A DNA stretch of 64,000 bases from Sphingomonas sp. SCN 67-18 (GTDB taxonomy: Bacteria; Pseudomonadota; Alphaproteobacteria; Sphingomonadales; Sphingomonadaceae). Numbering within the stretch: the first letter of the stretch is position 1; each line of letters opens with the position of its first letter. The position numbers were made by a program, and so were the translations under genes. The notes under the pieces are model-generated. The model was given only the letters and a program-made list of their open reading frames with translations. It did no database searches and had not been told where the DNA came from. The stretch spans positions 4,017 to 68,016 of the forward strand of contig MEFG01000025.1 in NCBI GenBank assembly GCA_001724715.1, written 5' to 3'. Of this stretch, positions 8,964-18,002 are shown one piece after another.

Positions 8964-9863
8964 ATGAGCAAGCCCTCCCCCATCCGCACCACAAAGGCCC
9001 GCGCCGCGGCCGCCGGCACGCCGCGCCAGCCCCCGTCCCGCCCCGCCTTCACCCCCGCCGCCCCGCGCGCGCGGCATGACGGCTGGACGCCCGAAAAACA
9101 GGTCGCCTTCATCGATGCGCTGGCGGAATCGGGCTGCGTGGCGGAAGCATGCGCGCGGGTCGGCCAGTCGCCCTCCACCGCCTATCGCCTGCGCCGCCGG
9201 GTCGATGCCTACAGCTTTCGCGCCGCGTGGGACGCCGCGCTGGATTACGCCATTCGCCGCCTGTCGGACGCCGCCTTCTCGCGCGCGCTGCACGGCGTCG
9301 CCCGCCCCGTCTTCTTCCAGGGCGAGCAGGTGGGCGAGCGGCGCTATTATGACGAGCGGCTCACCATGTTCCTGCTGCGCTATCGCGATCCGGACCGCTA
9401 CGGCATGTGGCTTGACCGGCGGGAACCGCGCCGCCGGCCGGACGCGCAGGCGATAATGCTGGATCGCTGGACCGATCATGTCGCCGAGGATGCGTGGAAT
9501 GCCGATGCCGGCGCCCCGGTCATCCGCGCGCGGGCGGCGGACCCGACCCGCTGGCTCACCGATGCGGAGGCCGCCATGGCGGACGCCCCACCCCCCGCGC
9601 CCGCCATCCCCCGCGCCACGCAGGCGGAGACGGACGCCCGGCTCCGCGCGGTGCTCACCGTGTTCGCCCGGCTCCGGCAAGACGACGACCAGCCGGACGA
9701 AGCCACCCTCACCCGCCTGATCGCGGAGGAGGAAGCCCGCCAACCCGCCCCCGCGCCACCCGAGCCGCCACCCACCCCGTCCCGCGCCCCGGCACACCCC
9801 GCCCCGGCATCTCCCGACGCCCCCGGACCGCACGGACGCCGGAGAAGTGGTGAACGCCGCTAA
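8964..9863 (+). CDS. hypothetical protein with N-terminal HTH-like segment (WTPEKQVAFIDALAESGCVAEACARVGQSPSTAYRLRRR) and Pro/Ala-rich tail
   Basis: 299-aa ORF with good GC3 in its first ~170 codons. The motif resembles terminase-small-subunit/Psq-type HTH proteins common in alphaproteobacteria. Function is unknown. Confidence 0.55.
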   Translation: MSKPSPIRTTKARAAAAGTPRQPPSRPAFTPAAPRARHDGWTPEKQVAFIDALAESGCVAEACARVGQSPSTAYRLRRRVDAYSFRAAWDAALDYAIRRLSDAAFSRALHGVARPVFFQGEQVGERRYYDERLTMFLLRYRDPDRYGMWLDRREPRRRPDAQAIMLDRWTDHVAEDAWNADAGAPVIRARAADPTRWLTDAEAAMADAPPPAPAIPRATQAETDARLRAVLTVFARLRQDDDQPDEATLTRLIAEEEARQPAPAPPEPPPTPSRAPAHPAPASPDAPGPHGRRRSGERR

Positions 9864-10142
9864 CCGGCCAGACGCGGGGGAACGAAGGGCCACCGATCGC
9901 GGGGCAGCCAAAGGGAAACGGAGAAGCGCCGATAGCCGTTCAGACAGCGGAGAACGAAGGGACACCGAAGAACAGGGAAACGCCCATGAGTGGACGAACA
10001 CCGGTCGCAGCGCGGACAACGGGAAGCGATGGAATGCTGCAAAGCCGGAAAGCACCGGGAAACAGGGGAACGCCGACAGCCGAACGGACAGCGGGAAACG
10101 CGCTGACGCCAAAGTGCAGGGAAGCGCCGGACAAAGGGGGAC
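9855..10142 (+). repeat. four degenerate tandem units with an exact 72-bp period, purine-rich (GGGAAAC / GGRGAACG motifs)
   Basis: The unit heads align: CGCCGCTAACCGGCCAGACGCGGGGGAACG (9855), CGCCGATAGCCGTTCAGACAGCGGAGAACG (9927), CACCGGTCGCAGCGCGGACAACGGGAAGCG (9999), CGCCGACAGCCGAACGGACAGCGGGAAACG (10071). Confidence 0.75.
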
Positions 10143-10225
10143 GGGCCGTGACCTTCATGACCTTCGCCCGCCCGCGCGAAGCTGCTAGGGCTGCCGCTCG
10201 ACCGCCCCTGCCAAAGGATCCCGCC

Positions 10226-10690
10226 ATGCGCCCCCGCGCCCCCGCCCTCTCCGCCCCCGTCCTCTCCGCCCTCGCCCTCCTCATGCTAGCCGCCTGCCAC
10301 GCGGCCGCGCCGGAAGGGGCGGCAGTGCCGGGGGATCGCGGCGATCAGCATCCCTTCGCGGGCATCGCGCCGGGCGAAACGGTCCAGTTCACCGGCACCG
10401 AGCCCTTTTGGGGCGGCGCGGTGACGGCCACGCAGATGACGTTCAGGACGCCGGAAAAGCCAAACGGGCAAGCGGTCGCGGTGTCGCGCTTCGCCGGGCG
10501 CGGCGGCCTGTCGTTCAGCGGCACGCTGGACGGCGCGGCCTTCACCCTCGCCATCACCCCGGGCGCGTGCAGCGACGGCATGTCGGACCGCGCCTATCCC
10601 CTCGTCGCCACCTTCCAGCGCGGCGGCGAGACGCTGAACGGCTGCGCATGGTCCGCCGCCCACCCCTTCACCGGCCCGGCCGCGCCCTGA
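10226..10690 (+). CDS. lipoprotein (COG3650-like, conserved C-terminal ..SDGMSD..YP....GC motif)
   Basis: Internal ATG of ORF 9986..10690. The product starts MRPRAPALSAPVLSALALLMLAAC with lipobox L-A-A-C, and AAGGA lies 7 nt upstream. The upstream part of the ORF lies in the repeat region. Confidence 0.7.
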   Translation: MRPRAPALSAPVLSALALLMLAACHAAAPEGAAVPGDRGDQHPFAGIAPGETVQFTGTEPFWGGAVTATQMTFRTPEKPNGQAVAVSRFAGRGGLSFSGTLDGAAFTLAITPGACSDGMSDRAYPLVATFQRGGETLNGCAWSAAHPFTGPAAP

Positions 10691-10714
10691 TGCCCCGGCC
10701 GTGCCGCCCGCCGG

Positions 10715-11188
10715 TCAGCGCAGCACACCCCGCCGGCGCATCCGCATCGCATAGACCAGCAGCAGCACCGCGATGATCAGGATCGCCGCTGTCAACATGG
10801 CCGATTCCGGGCCTTTCAGGCTCTCCGGCACCGCGGCGGTCAGCTCGAAAACCACCGTCACCGCCGCCCCGGCCAACGACAGCGCCAGCACCGGCACCGC
10901 CGCGCGCCGCCGCAGCAGGATCAGCAGGCACCCCGCCACCCCGCCCCACACGCCCAGCGCCCATCCCGCCACCGCCCAGGCCGGAAAGCTGTTGAAATAG
11001 GCAAGCTGATCCGCCGTGAACCCCGCCAGATAGGCGGCGTTGCGCGTCTCCGTCATCGTGTAGTCGAAAGCGCCCATGCCGTTCCACAACAGCCCCAGCA
11101 CCCCCACCAGCCAGATATGCCAGGGCCGCCCGGCGCCCTCCGCCGTCCGGCCATCCTCCATCTCGTCCATCATCCCCTCCATCCCCAT
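10715..11188 (-). CDS. hypothetical integral membrane protein (4 predicted TM segments)
   Basis: 157 aa. Hydrophobic segments include WHIWLVGVLGLLWNGMGAF, FPAWAVAGWALGVWGGVAGCLLILL and others, with high GC3. Confidence 0.6.
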   Translation of the reverse strand: MGMEGMMDEMEDGRTAEGAGRPWHIWLVGVLGLLWNGMGAFDYTMTETRNAAYLAGFTADQLAYFNSFPAWAVAGWALGVWGGVAGCLLILLRRRAAVPVLALSLAGAAVTVVFELTAAVPESLKGPESAMLTAAILIIAVLLLVYAMRMRRRGVLR

Positions 11189-11308
11189 GGCAAGACAGGC
11201 TTATATCATGAATTCCGGCCGCCACCCATGCCCGCGCTTCCGCCACGCCCCCGCCGCAACACTCTGTTTACCCATTGCCCATAGCCTGCCGGAATTCGGG
11301 GTTTCGGA

Positions 11309-12487
11309 ATGAAGAACGCAGCAACACCCACCCCCTCCGCCGCACGGCCCGGCTTCTGGCGCCGGATCGCGGACATGCTGTCCGGCTCCCCCGGCGTCGC
11401 CAACCCCTATGTCCGCGAACGGCTGCTCCAGACCATCCTCGATCGCCGCTTCGCCCTGCTTGTCGGCCTGTGCACCAATTCGGTCATCGCGGTCGCCGCG
11501 CTCCATCTGATCGGCGCATGGTGGGCCATGCCATGGCTGCTGTTCGACATCGGCCTCGTCATCGTCCGGCTCGGGCTTATCCGCCGCTCGGTCGGGCAAA
11601 GCGCGGCGGTCAAGGAAGCGATCATCGGCTGGCTGATGCTGCTCGGTTTCCTGTGGAGCCTCGCGCTCGGCATCGTCACCGCGCTCTGCCTGATCAGCGG
11701 CAATGTCGCGCTCATCACCCTCGCCGCGATCACCGCCGCCTCGGCGATCAGCATCGTCACCTCGCGCAACGCCGCCACCCCCCGCCACGGCGCGCTGCTG
11801 ATGCTGTCAATCAGCCTGCCCTTCGCCCTCGGCGCGGCATTCTCCCCTGCCCCCGGCATGTGGATCGTCTCGCTGGTGGTGATGCCCTGGGCGCTCAGCG
11901 CCCTGTCGATGCTCAAGCAGAATTACGACGTCACCATCCGCCACATCCGCGACGAGCTGAACGCCCGCGAAATCGCGGAAACGGACACGCTCACCGGCCT
12001 CAACAGCCGCATGTTCTACACCGCCCACATGCACCGCATCGCCCAGAATGGCGGCATAGCCGGCGCGTCGCTGCTCTGCATCGACCTGGACGGGTTCAAG
12101 GCGGTCAACGACACCCACGGCCATGCCGCCGGGGACCGGCTGCTGGCCGAGGCCGCCCGCCGCATCGGCCTCACCATCCGCCTGCCCGATCTCGCCTTCC
12201 GGCTGGGCGGCGACGAATTCGTCGTGCTGCTGGTCGGCGCCGGCACGGACGGCTGCGACAGCGTGGCGCAAAGGATCATCCGCGCCATGTCCTTCCCCAT
12301 CAAGGTGGAGCCGGGCGTGGCGGTGCGGGTCGGCGTCAGCATCGGCAGCGCCTGCGCCGCCGATGCCGATCCCCCGGGCGATGCCGATGCGCTGTTCAAG
12401 GCGGCGGACCGGGCGCTCTACGTCGCGAAATCGGGCGGCAAGGGCCGCCACGTCCGCGCCATGGACGCCCACCGCGCCGCGGCATGA
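11309..12487 (+). CDS. membrane-anchored diguanylate cyclase (GGDEF domain)
   Basis: N-terminal TM helices are followed by TDTLTGLNSRMF ... LLCIDLDGFKAVNDTHGHAAGDRLL ... FRLGGDEFVVLL. Confidence 0.9.
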   Translation: MKNAATPTPSAARPGFWRRIADMLSGSPGVANPYVRERLLQTILDRRFALLVGLCTNSVIAVAALHLIGAWWAMPWLLFDIGLVIVRLGLIRRSVGQSAAVKEAIIGWLMLLGFLWSLALGIVTALCLISGNVALITLAAITAASAISIVTSRNAATPRHGALLMLSISLPFALGAAFSPAPGMWIVSLVVMPWALSALSMLKQNYDVTIRHIRDELNAREIAETDTLTGLNSRMFYTAHMHRIAQNGGIAGASLLCIDLDGFKAVNDTHGHAAGDRLLAEAARRIGLTIRLPDLAFRLGGDEFVVLLVGAGTDGCDSVAQRIIRAMSFPIKVEPGVAVRVGVSIGSACAADADPPGDADALFKAADRALYVAKSGGKGRHVRAMDAHRAAA

Positions 12488-12537
12488 ACGCGGCAACGGC
12501 TTGCCATGTTGGGAAAGCCCGCCTATGCGGCCAGCCG

Positions 12538-12710
12538 TGATGGGTTCCCGGAGACGGGAACAATAGGGAACGGGGTGCGGCCTTCGGCCAAGGCCCCGGC
12601 TGCCCCCGCAACTGTAACCGGCTAGCCGGTGCTTCATCACGCCACTGGGGACATCCCCGGGAAGGCGAAGCGCCACGGCATCGATCCGGGAGCCAGGAGA
12701 CCTGCCCGTC
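12538..12710 (+). promoter_or_regulatory. cobalamin (B12) riboswitch upstream of btuB
   Basis: Conserved blocks are AATAGGGAACGGGGTG, GCTGCCCCCGCAACTGTAA, GCCACTGGGG..GGGAAGGC, and the B12 box AGCCAGGAGACCTGCC at 12691-12706. Confidence 0.9.
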
Positions 12711-12773
12711 ACGGTCGTTCATCTGGCCGGGCGGGGTGCACCGGGCGGACGAGGATCTTCCTCGCAAGGCGAC

Positions 12774-14693
12774 ATGTCGATGTCGTTTGCGAAAGGAAAG
12801 ATCATGACGACTCCCAACCTCACTCTCGCCACCGCGCTGATCGCGCTCATTGCCGCCCCCGGCGCCCTCCACGCCGAAACCGATGCCGGCGATATCGTCG
12901 TCACCGCCACCAGGTCCGAACAGCCGATCGAGGAAGTCGGCCAGGCCATCACCGTCATCGACAAGGCGCTGATCGTCCAGCGCCAGGCGCAGACGGTGGC
13001 GGACCTACTCTCCACCACGCCCGGCGTCACCGCATCCCGCAACGGCGGCGTCGGCGGCTTCACCGGCCTGCGCATCCGCGGCGCCGAGGGCGAACAGACG
13101 CTGGTGCTGATCGACGGGGTCAGGATCAACGATCCATCCTCGCCCGGCGGCGGCTTCGATTTCGGCAATCTGCTGATCGGCAATATCAACCGCATAGAGG
13201 TGCTGCGCGGCCCCAATTCGGTGCCCTGGGGCAGCCAGGCGATCGGCGGCGTGGTCAACATCATCACCGAAGCGGCAGGCGCGGGCAACAGCATCAACCT
13301 GCGCGCCGAATATGGCTATGCCGACACCGCCCAGGGCGTGGTCAACGCCAGCTTTCGGGCCGGGCCGGTCGCGGCATCGTTCGGCGGCGGCTATTTCCGC
13401 ACCGACGGCATCTCCGCCTTCGCGGGCGGCACGGAACGGGACGGCTATCGCAACCATGGCGCCAACGGCCGGGTAGAGGTGGCGTTGAGCGAAGACATCG
13501 CCGTCGATCTGCGCGGCTTCTATTCGCACGGCCGCAGCGATCTGGACGGTTTTCCCCCGCCCATTTACGCCTTTGGGGACACGCAGGAATATTCGACCAG
13601 CCAGGAACTGCTGGGCTATGCCGGCATCCGGGCAAAGCTGCTCGACGGCCGTTTCTCCAATCGGCTCGCCTTCACCATCACTGACATCAACCGCGACAAT
13701 TATGATCCGTCATTCGGCACGGCGGCATCCTTCCTGTCGCGCGGCCGGGTGGAGCGGTTCGAATATCAGGGCGACCTGCAACTGGCCGATCAGCTACGCG
13801 CGGTGTTCGGCGCGGAGACAGAGAAATCCCGCTTCAGCGACGGCTTTTCGACCCAGAAGACCGGCATCGACAGCGTCTATGGCCAGTTGATCGTGAAGCC
13901 GGTCAGCGCGCTCACCCTCACCGGCGGCCTGCGTTATGACGATCATCGGGATTTCGGCAGCGAGACGACATTGGGCGGCAATGCTGCGTTCAATCTCGCC
14001 GGCGGCACCCTGCTACGCGCCAGCTATGCGGAAGGGTTCAAGGCGCCGACGCTGTACCAGCTGCACAGCGCCTATGGAAATGCCGCGCTGGAGCCGGAAC
14101 GCGCCCGCAGCGTCGATGTCGGCATCGAACAGGCATTGCTTGAGGATCGGCTGACCGCCGCCGTCACCCTGTTCCGGCGCAAGACCCGCAACCAGATAGA
14201 TTTTATTTCCTGCACGGGCGACAGCACGCCGAAATGCGTCGGGCGGCCCTTCGGCACCTATGACAATATCGCCCGCGCCCGCGCCCGCGGCGTCGAGTTC
14301 GAACTGACGGCGAAACCCACCGACACGCTGACGGTCGATGCATCCTACAGCTATATCGACAGCGAGAACCGTTCAGCCGGCTCGCTCAATTTCGGCAATG
14401 CGCTCGCCCGCCGCCCGCACCACAGCGTCAGCCTGTCGGCCGATTATGCACCAGCCGCCGGCCTGTCTTTCGGCGGCACCGTCCAGCATGTCGGCGACAG
14501 CTTCGACAATGCGGCCAACAGCCGCGCGCTTGACGGCTATGTGCTGGTCGGCCTGCGCGCCGCCTGGCGGTTCGATTCCCGGTTCGAGCTTTATGGCCGG
14601 GTCGATAACCTGCTCGACGCCCGCTACCAGACCGTTGCCGATTACGGCACCATCGGCCGGGCCGCCTATGTCGGCGTGAGGGCCGGCTTCTGA
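12774..14693 (+). CDS. btuB: TonB-dependent receptor, vitamin B12 transporter BtuB-like
   Basis: Signal peptide, TonB box DIVVTATR, plug and barrel motifs, and a terminal ..VGVRAGF. A B12 riboswitch precedes it. The ATG at 12804 is an alternative start. Confidence 0.9.
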   Translation: MSMSFAKGKIMTTPNLTLATALIALIAAPGALHAETDAGDIVVTATRSEQPIEEVGQAITVIDKALIVQRQAQTVADLLSTTPGVTASRNGGVGGFTGLRIRGAEGEQTLVLIDGVRINDPSSPGGGFDFGNLLIGNINRIEVLRGPNSVPWGSQAIGGVVNIITEAAGAGNSINLRAEYGYADTAQGVVNASFRAGPVAASFGGGYFRTDGISAFAGGTERDGYRNHGANGRVEVALSEDIAVDLRGFYSHGRSDLDGFPPPIYAFGDTQEYSTSQELLGYAGIRAKLLDGRFSNRLAFTITDINRDNYDPSFGTAASFLSRGRVERFEYQGDLQLADQLRAVFGAETEKSRFSDGFSTQKTGIDSVYGQLIVKPVSALTLTGGLRYDDHRDFGSETTLGGNAAFNLAGGTLLRASYAEGFKAPTLYQLHSAYGNAALEPERARSVDVGIEQALLEDRLTAAVTLFRRKTRNQIDFISCTGDSTPKCVGRPFGTYDNIARARARGVEFELTAKPTDTLTVDASYSYIDSENRSAGSLNFGNALARRPHHSVSLSADYAPAAGLSFGGTVQHVGDSFDNAANSRALDGYVLVGLRAAWRFDSRFELYGRVDNLLDARYQTVADYGTIGRAAYVGVRAGF

Positions 14694-14698
14694 CGGCG

Positions 14699-15520
14699 AT
14701 GCGCTGGCTCCTCCCCCTCCTGCTCGCGGGCTGCGCGCAACCGGCCGTTCCGGTGCAGCAAAGCGCGACGCGGATCGTATCGACCAGTCCCTGCGTCGAT
14801 GCGGTGCTGATGGCGGTGGCGGAGCCGGCGCAGATCCGGGCGATCAGCCATTATTCGGTGCGGGCCGGATCGACATCCAGCCCGCTGGCCCTCGCCCGCC
14901 GGTTCGACAGCGTCAGCGGCACGGCCGAGGAAGTCATCGCCCGCAAGCCCGATCTGGTTTTCGCGGATTCCTTCACCCCGGCGGCGTCGCGCACTGCCTA
15001 TGCCCGCGCCGGCATCCGCACCATCACGGTCGGCGTCCCCGCCACCATCGCGGAAAGCAAGGCGCAACTGATGGAGATCGCCACCGCCGTCGGCGCGCCG
15101 GAGCGGGGGCGGGCGATGGCGGCGCGGATCGACGCCGCCGTCGCCCGCGCGGCCCCGGCGGATGCCACGCGCCCCGCACTATTGATCTGGCATGGCGGCG
15201 GACTGGTTTCAGGCACCGGCACCCTGCTCGACGAGATGATCCGCATCGCCGGATTCCGCAACGCAGCCGCGGATTACGGCGTTACCCAGACCACCATCCT
15301 GCCGCTGGAGCAGATCGCGCTCCACCCGCCCAGAATCATGCTCACGCCGCCGGGATCGGACGACGGATCGCGGGTGGAGACGCTGCGCCGACGCGCGCTG
15401 GCCCACAGCCCCAATACGCTGCAGGCCGATTTCGAACCGCGCCTCACCTTTTGCGGCGGCCCGACCATCGTCGCCGCGCTCGACCGTCTGGCGGCGATCC
15501 GCCGACAAGTGACGCCATGA
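14699..15520 (+). CDS. ABC transporter periplasmic substrate-binding protein (BtuF/FecB-like, cobalamin or Fe-chelate)
   Basis: 273 aa with a lipoprotein-like N-terminus LLLAGC. It sits in a btuB-binding protein-permease-ATPase context. Confidence 0.75.
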   Translation: MRWLLPLLLAGCAQPAVPVQQSATRIVSTSPCVDAVLMAVAEPAQIRAISHYSVRAGSTSSPLALARRFDSVSGTAEEVIARKPDLVFADSFTPAASRTAYARAGIRTITVGVPATIAESKAQLMEIATAVGAPERGRAMAARIDAAVARAAPADATRPALLIWHGGGLVSGTGTLLDEMIRIAGFRNAAADYGVTQTTILPLEQIALHPPRIMLTPPGSDDGSRVETLRRRALAHSPNTLQADFEPRLTFCGGPTIVAALDRLAAIRRQVTP

Positions 15521-16497
15521 GCGGGCGCATCCTCCGCGCCAATCTGCTGCTGGCCATCGCCGCGGTGCTGCTCTTCGGCCTCTCGCTGATGGCGGGCAAG
15601 GCATGGGTGCCCCTCTCCGCATGGCTGGAAGGCGGGCAAGGCTGGTGGATCATCTTCGAACTGCGCCTGCCCCGCGCCATTCTGGCGGCGTCGATCGGCG
15701 CGGTGCTCGGGCTTTCAGGCGCGGTGCTGCAGGGTTATCTCCGCAATCCGCTCGCCGATCCCGCGCTGATCGGCGTGTCGTCGAGCGCCGCGCTGGGCGC
15801 CGTCACCGCGATCTTCCTGGGCTTTGCCGGGTCGTCGGCCATCGTGTTCGGCAGCGCCATGGCAGGCGCGGCGCTCGCCATGGCGCTACTCGCCCTGCTG
15901 GTCGGCCGATCCGGCAGCGCGATCGGCTTCATCCTCGCCGGCATGGTGCTGTCCAGCCTGTCCGGATCGCTCACCGCCTTCCTCATCAGCATCTCGCCCA
16001 ATCCGTTCGCCACCGCAGAGATCGTCAGCTGGCTGATGGGCGCGCTGACCGACCGCAGCTTCGACGATATCCTCCTCGCCCTGCCGTTCATGGCGGCCGG
16101 CGCGCTCATCCTCGCCTTCACCGGCCGCGCGCTCGACCTGCTCAACCTGGGTGAGGAGACGGCACGTTCGCTCGGCCTCAACCTTGGCCGCATCCAGGCG
16201 ATCATCGTCGTCGGCCTCGGGCTGGCGGTGGGGGCGTCGGTGGCGGTCTCCGGCGTGGTCGGTTTCGTCGGGCTGATCGTGCCGCACCTCGTCCGCCCGC
16301 TGGTCGGGCAGAAGCCGTCGGCCCTGCTGCTCCCGTCGGCGCTGGGCGGGGCGGCGCTGCTGCTGGCGGCGGACAGCCTGGTCCGCCTCATCCCCGGCCC
16401 CGGCGAGATCCGGCTGGGCATTGCGATGGCGCTGATCGGCACGCCCTTCTTCTTCGCGCTGCTGATTTCGATGCGGAGGCGCGCATCATGGGGCTGA
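15517..16497 (+). CDS. FecCD-family ABC permease (BtuC-like)
   Basis: Internal start MSGRILRANLLLAIAAVLL in an ATGA overlap with the upstream stop. Typical FecCD motifs are present (LRLPRAILA, GAALAMALL, C-terminal GTPFFFALL). Confidence 0.9.
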   Translation: MSGRILRANLLLAIAAVLLFGLSLMAGKAWVPLSAWLEGGQGWWIIFELRLPRAILAASIGAVLGLSGAVLQGYLRNPLADPALIGVSSSAALGAVTAIFLGFAGSSAIVFGSAMAGAALAMALLALLVGRSGSAIGFILAGMVLSSLSGSLTAFLISISPNPFATAEIVSWLMGALTDRSFDDILLALPFMAAGALILAFTGRALDLLNLGEETARSLGLNLGRIQAIIVVGLGLAVGASVAVSGVVGFVGLIVPHLVRPLVGQKPSALLLPSALGGAALLLAADSLVRLIPGPGEIRLGIAMALIGTPFFFALLISMRRRASWG

Positions 16498-17252
16498 CGG
16501 CGAACGAAATCAGCCTCATCCTTGCCGGGCGCACGGTGCTCGACGGCGTTTCCGCGCAGCTGGAGCGCGGCCGCGTCACCGCGATCCTCGGCCCCAACGG
16601 TGCGGGCAAGACCAGCCTGCTGCGCACGTTGATCGGCCTGACCGCGCCTTCAAGCGGCACCGCCATGCTGGACGACCAGCCGATCGCCGCCATCCCCCCG
16701 GCGCAGCGCGCGCGGCGGATCGGCTATCTCGCGCAGAACGCGCCGCTGGCATGGAATGTCATCGCGCGCGATGTCGTGGCGCTGGGCCGCAGCCCCTATC
16801 GCGCGCCGTTCGCGGCTGCCGGCGCGGATGACCGGGCCGCCATCGATGCCGCCATCGCCGCCACCGATCTCACCCGGCTCGCCGACCGCCCGACCGGCGA
16901 ACTGTCGGGCGGCGAGCGTGCGCGGGTGATGCTGGCGCGGGTGCTCGCGGGCACGCCGGAATGGCTGGTCGCGGACGAACCCCTCGCCAGCCTCGACCCC
17001 GCGCATCAGGTGGATGTGCTACTCCGCCTCCGCGCGGTGGCGGATGCGGGCAGCGGCGTCATCCTCGTCCTCCACGATCTCACCCACGCCGCCCGCATCG
17101 CGGACGATATCGTCCTGATGAGGAATGGCAGGGTCGTGGCGGCGGGCGTCGCCGCATCCGTGCTGACGGGGGACTGGCTGCGGCAGGCTTATGACATCGA
17201 TTTCCGCATCGTCGAGACGGGCCGGGACAGGGTGATCGTCCCGGTGCGTTAG
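16488..17252 (+). CDS. ABC transporter ATP-binding protein (BtuD/FecE-like)
   Basis: Walker A GPNGAGKTSLL, signature LSGGERARV and Walker B LVADEPLASLD are all present. Confidence 0.92.
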   Translation: MGLTANEISLILAGRTVLDGVSAQLERGRVTAILGPNGAGKTSLLRTLIGLTAPSSGTAMLDDQPIAAIPPAQRARRIGYLAQNAPLAWNVIARDVVALGRSPYRAPFAAAGADDRAAIDAAIAATDLTRLADRPTGELSGGERARVMLARVLAGTPEWLVADEPLASLDPAHQVDVLLRLRAVADAGSGVILVLHDLTHAARIADDIVLMRNGRVVAAGVAASVLTGDWLRQAYDIDFRIVETGRDRVIVPVR

Positions 17253-17264
17253 CGCCCGGGCGCT

Positions 17265-18002
17265 TCAGTCCAGCGCGGCGCGCACCTGATCGATATAATC
17301 CGGGGCGCAGATCAGCAGGTCGGGCAACAGCGTATCGGGACCGTTATAGACGAAGGCAGACCCATCCACCCGCGTCGCCACCATGCCCGCAGCCAGCGCC
17401 ACCGCGACCGGCGCGGCATTGTCCCACTGATGCTGCCCGCCGGTATGGAAATAGATGTCGCCCTGCCCCAGCACGACCGCCATCGCCTTGGCCCCCGCAG
17501 ACCCCATCGGCACGATGTCCGCATCCAGCCGCCCGGCCAGTCTGTCACATTCCGCCGGACGCCGGCTGCGGCTGACCAGCAGGCGCGGCCGGGCAGGGCG
17601 CGCCACCGGCGGCGGCGGGGCGTCGGACCGGAGCACCAGCCCCTGGGCGGGCAGCGCCACCGCGCCGATCCGCGCAACGCCGTCGATGCTCAGCGCGACA
17701 TGCACCGCCCAATCGTCGCGCCCCTCGCCATATTCGCGGGTCCCATCCAGCGGATCGACGATCCACACCCGGCTCTTGCCCAGCCGCTCCCGCGTATCCG
17801 CCTGCTCTTCGGACAACAGCCCGTCATCCGGCCGCTGTTCGGCAAGCGCTGCGACAAGGAAGGCATTGGCGGCGGCATCCCCGGCCTTGCCCAAGGCCTT
17901 GCCGGCCAGCAGCCCGCGGTCGCGGATCGCCATCAATATCGCGCCCGCGCCCTCCGCCAGCCGCGCCGCCAGTTCCGCATCGGTCACAGGTCCGGCGCCC
18001 AC
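17265..18002 (-). CDS. cysQ: 3'(2'),5'-bisphosphate nucleotidase CysQ (inositol monophosphatase family)
   Basis: Carries the [12 protein letters not shown] motif and lies immediately downstream of cysD-cysNC on the same strand. Confidence 0.85.
   Translation of the reverse strand: MGAGPVTDAELAARLAEGAGAILMAIRDRGLLAGKALGKAGDAAANAFLVAALAEQRPDDGLLSEEQADTRERLGKSRVWIVDPLDGTREYGEGRDDWAVHVALSIDGVARIGAVALPAQGLVLRSDAPPPPVARPARPRLLVSRSRRPAECDRLAGRLDADIVPMGSAGAKAMAVVLGQGDIYFHTGGQHQWDNAAPVAVALAAGMVATRVDGSAFVYNGPDTLLPDLLICAPDYIDQVRAALD

Noticed and set aside
8952-10112. A minus-strand 386-aa ORF showing 24-aa RFPLS.RLSAF repeats.
   Set aside because: The repeat is just the reverse-complement reading of the 72-bp array, and most of the ORF is antisense to the better-supported 299-aa plus-strand gene. 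There is no start context or motif support.
9855-10142. CRISPR-array interpretation of the 72-bp periodic repeat (30-nt conserved head plus 42-nt variable part).
   Set aside because: The heads are only about 70-80% identical. The 'spacers' share composition and motifs with each other. There are only four units, and no cas genes or leader are nearby. It behaves like a decayed tandem duplication, not a CRISPR array.
9986-10690. The long 234-aa form of the lipoprotein gene.
   Set aside because: The first 80 codons lie in the purine-rich repeat and encode no signal peptide. The internal ATG at 10226 gives a textbook lipoprotein signal with lipobox LAAC and an AAGGA ribosome-binding site.
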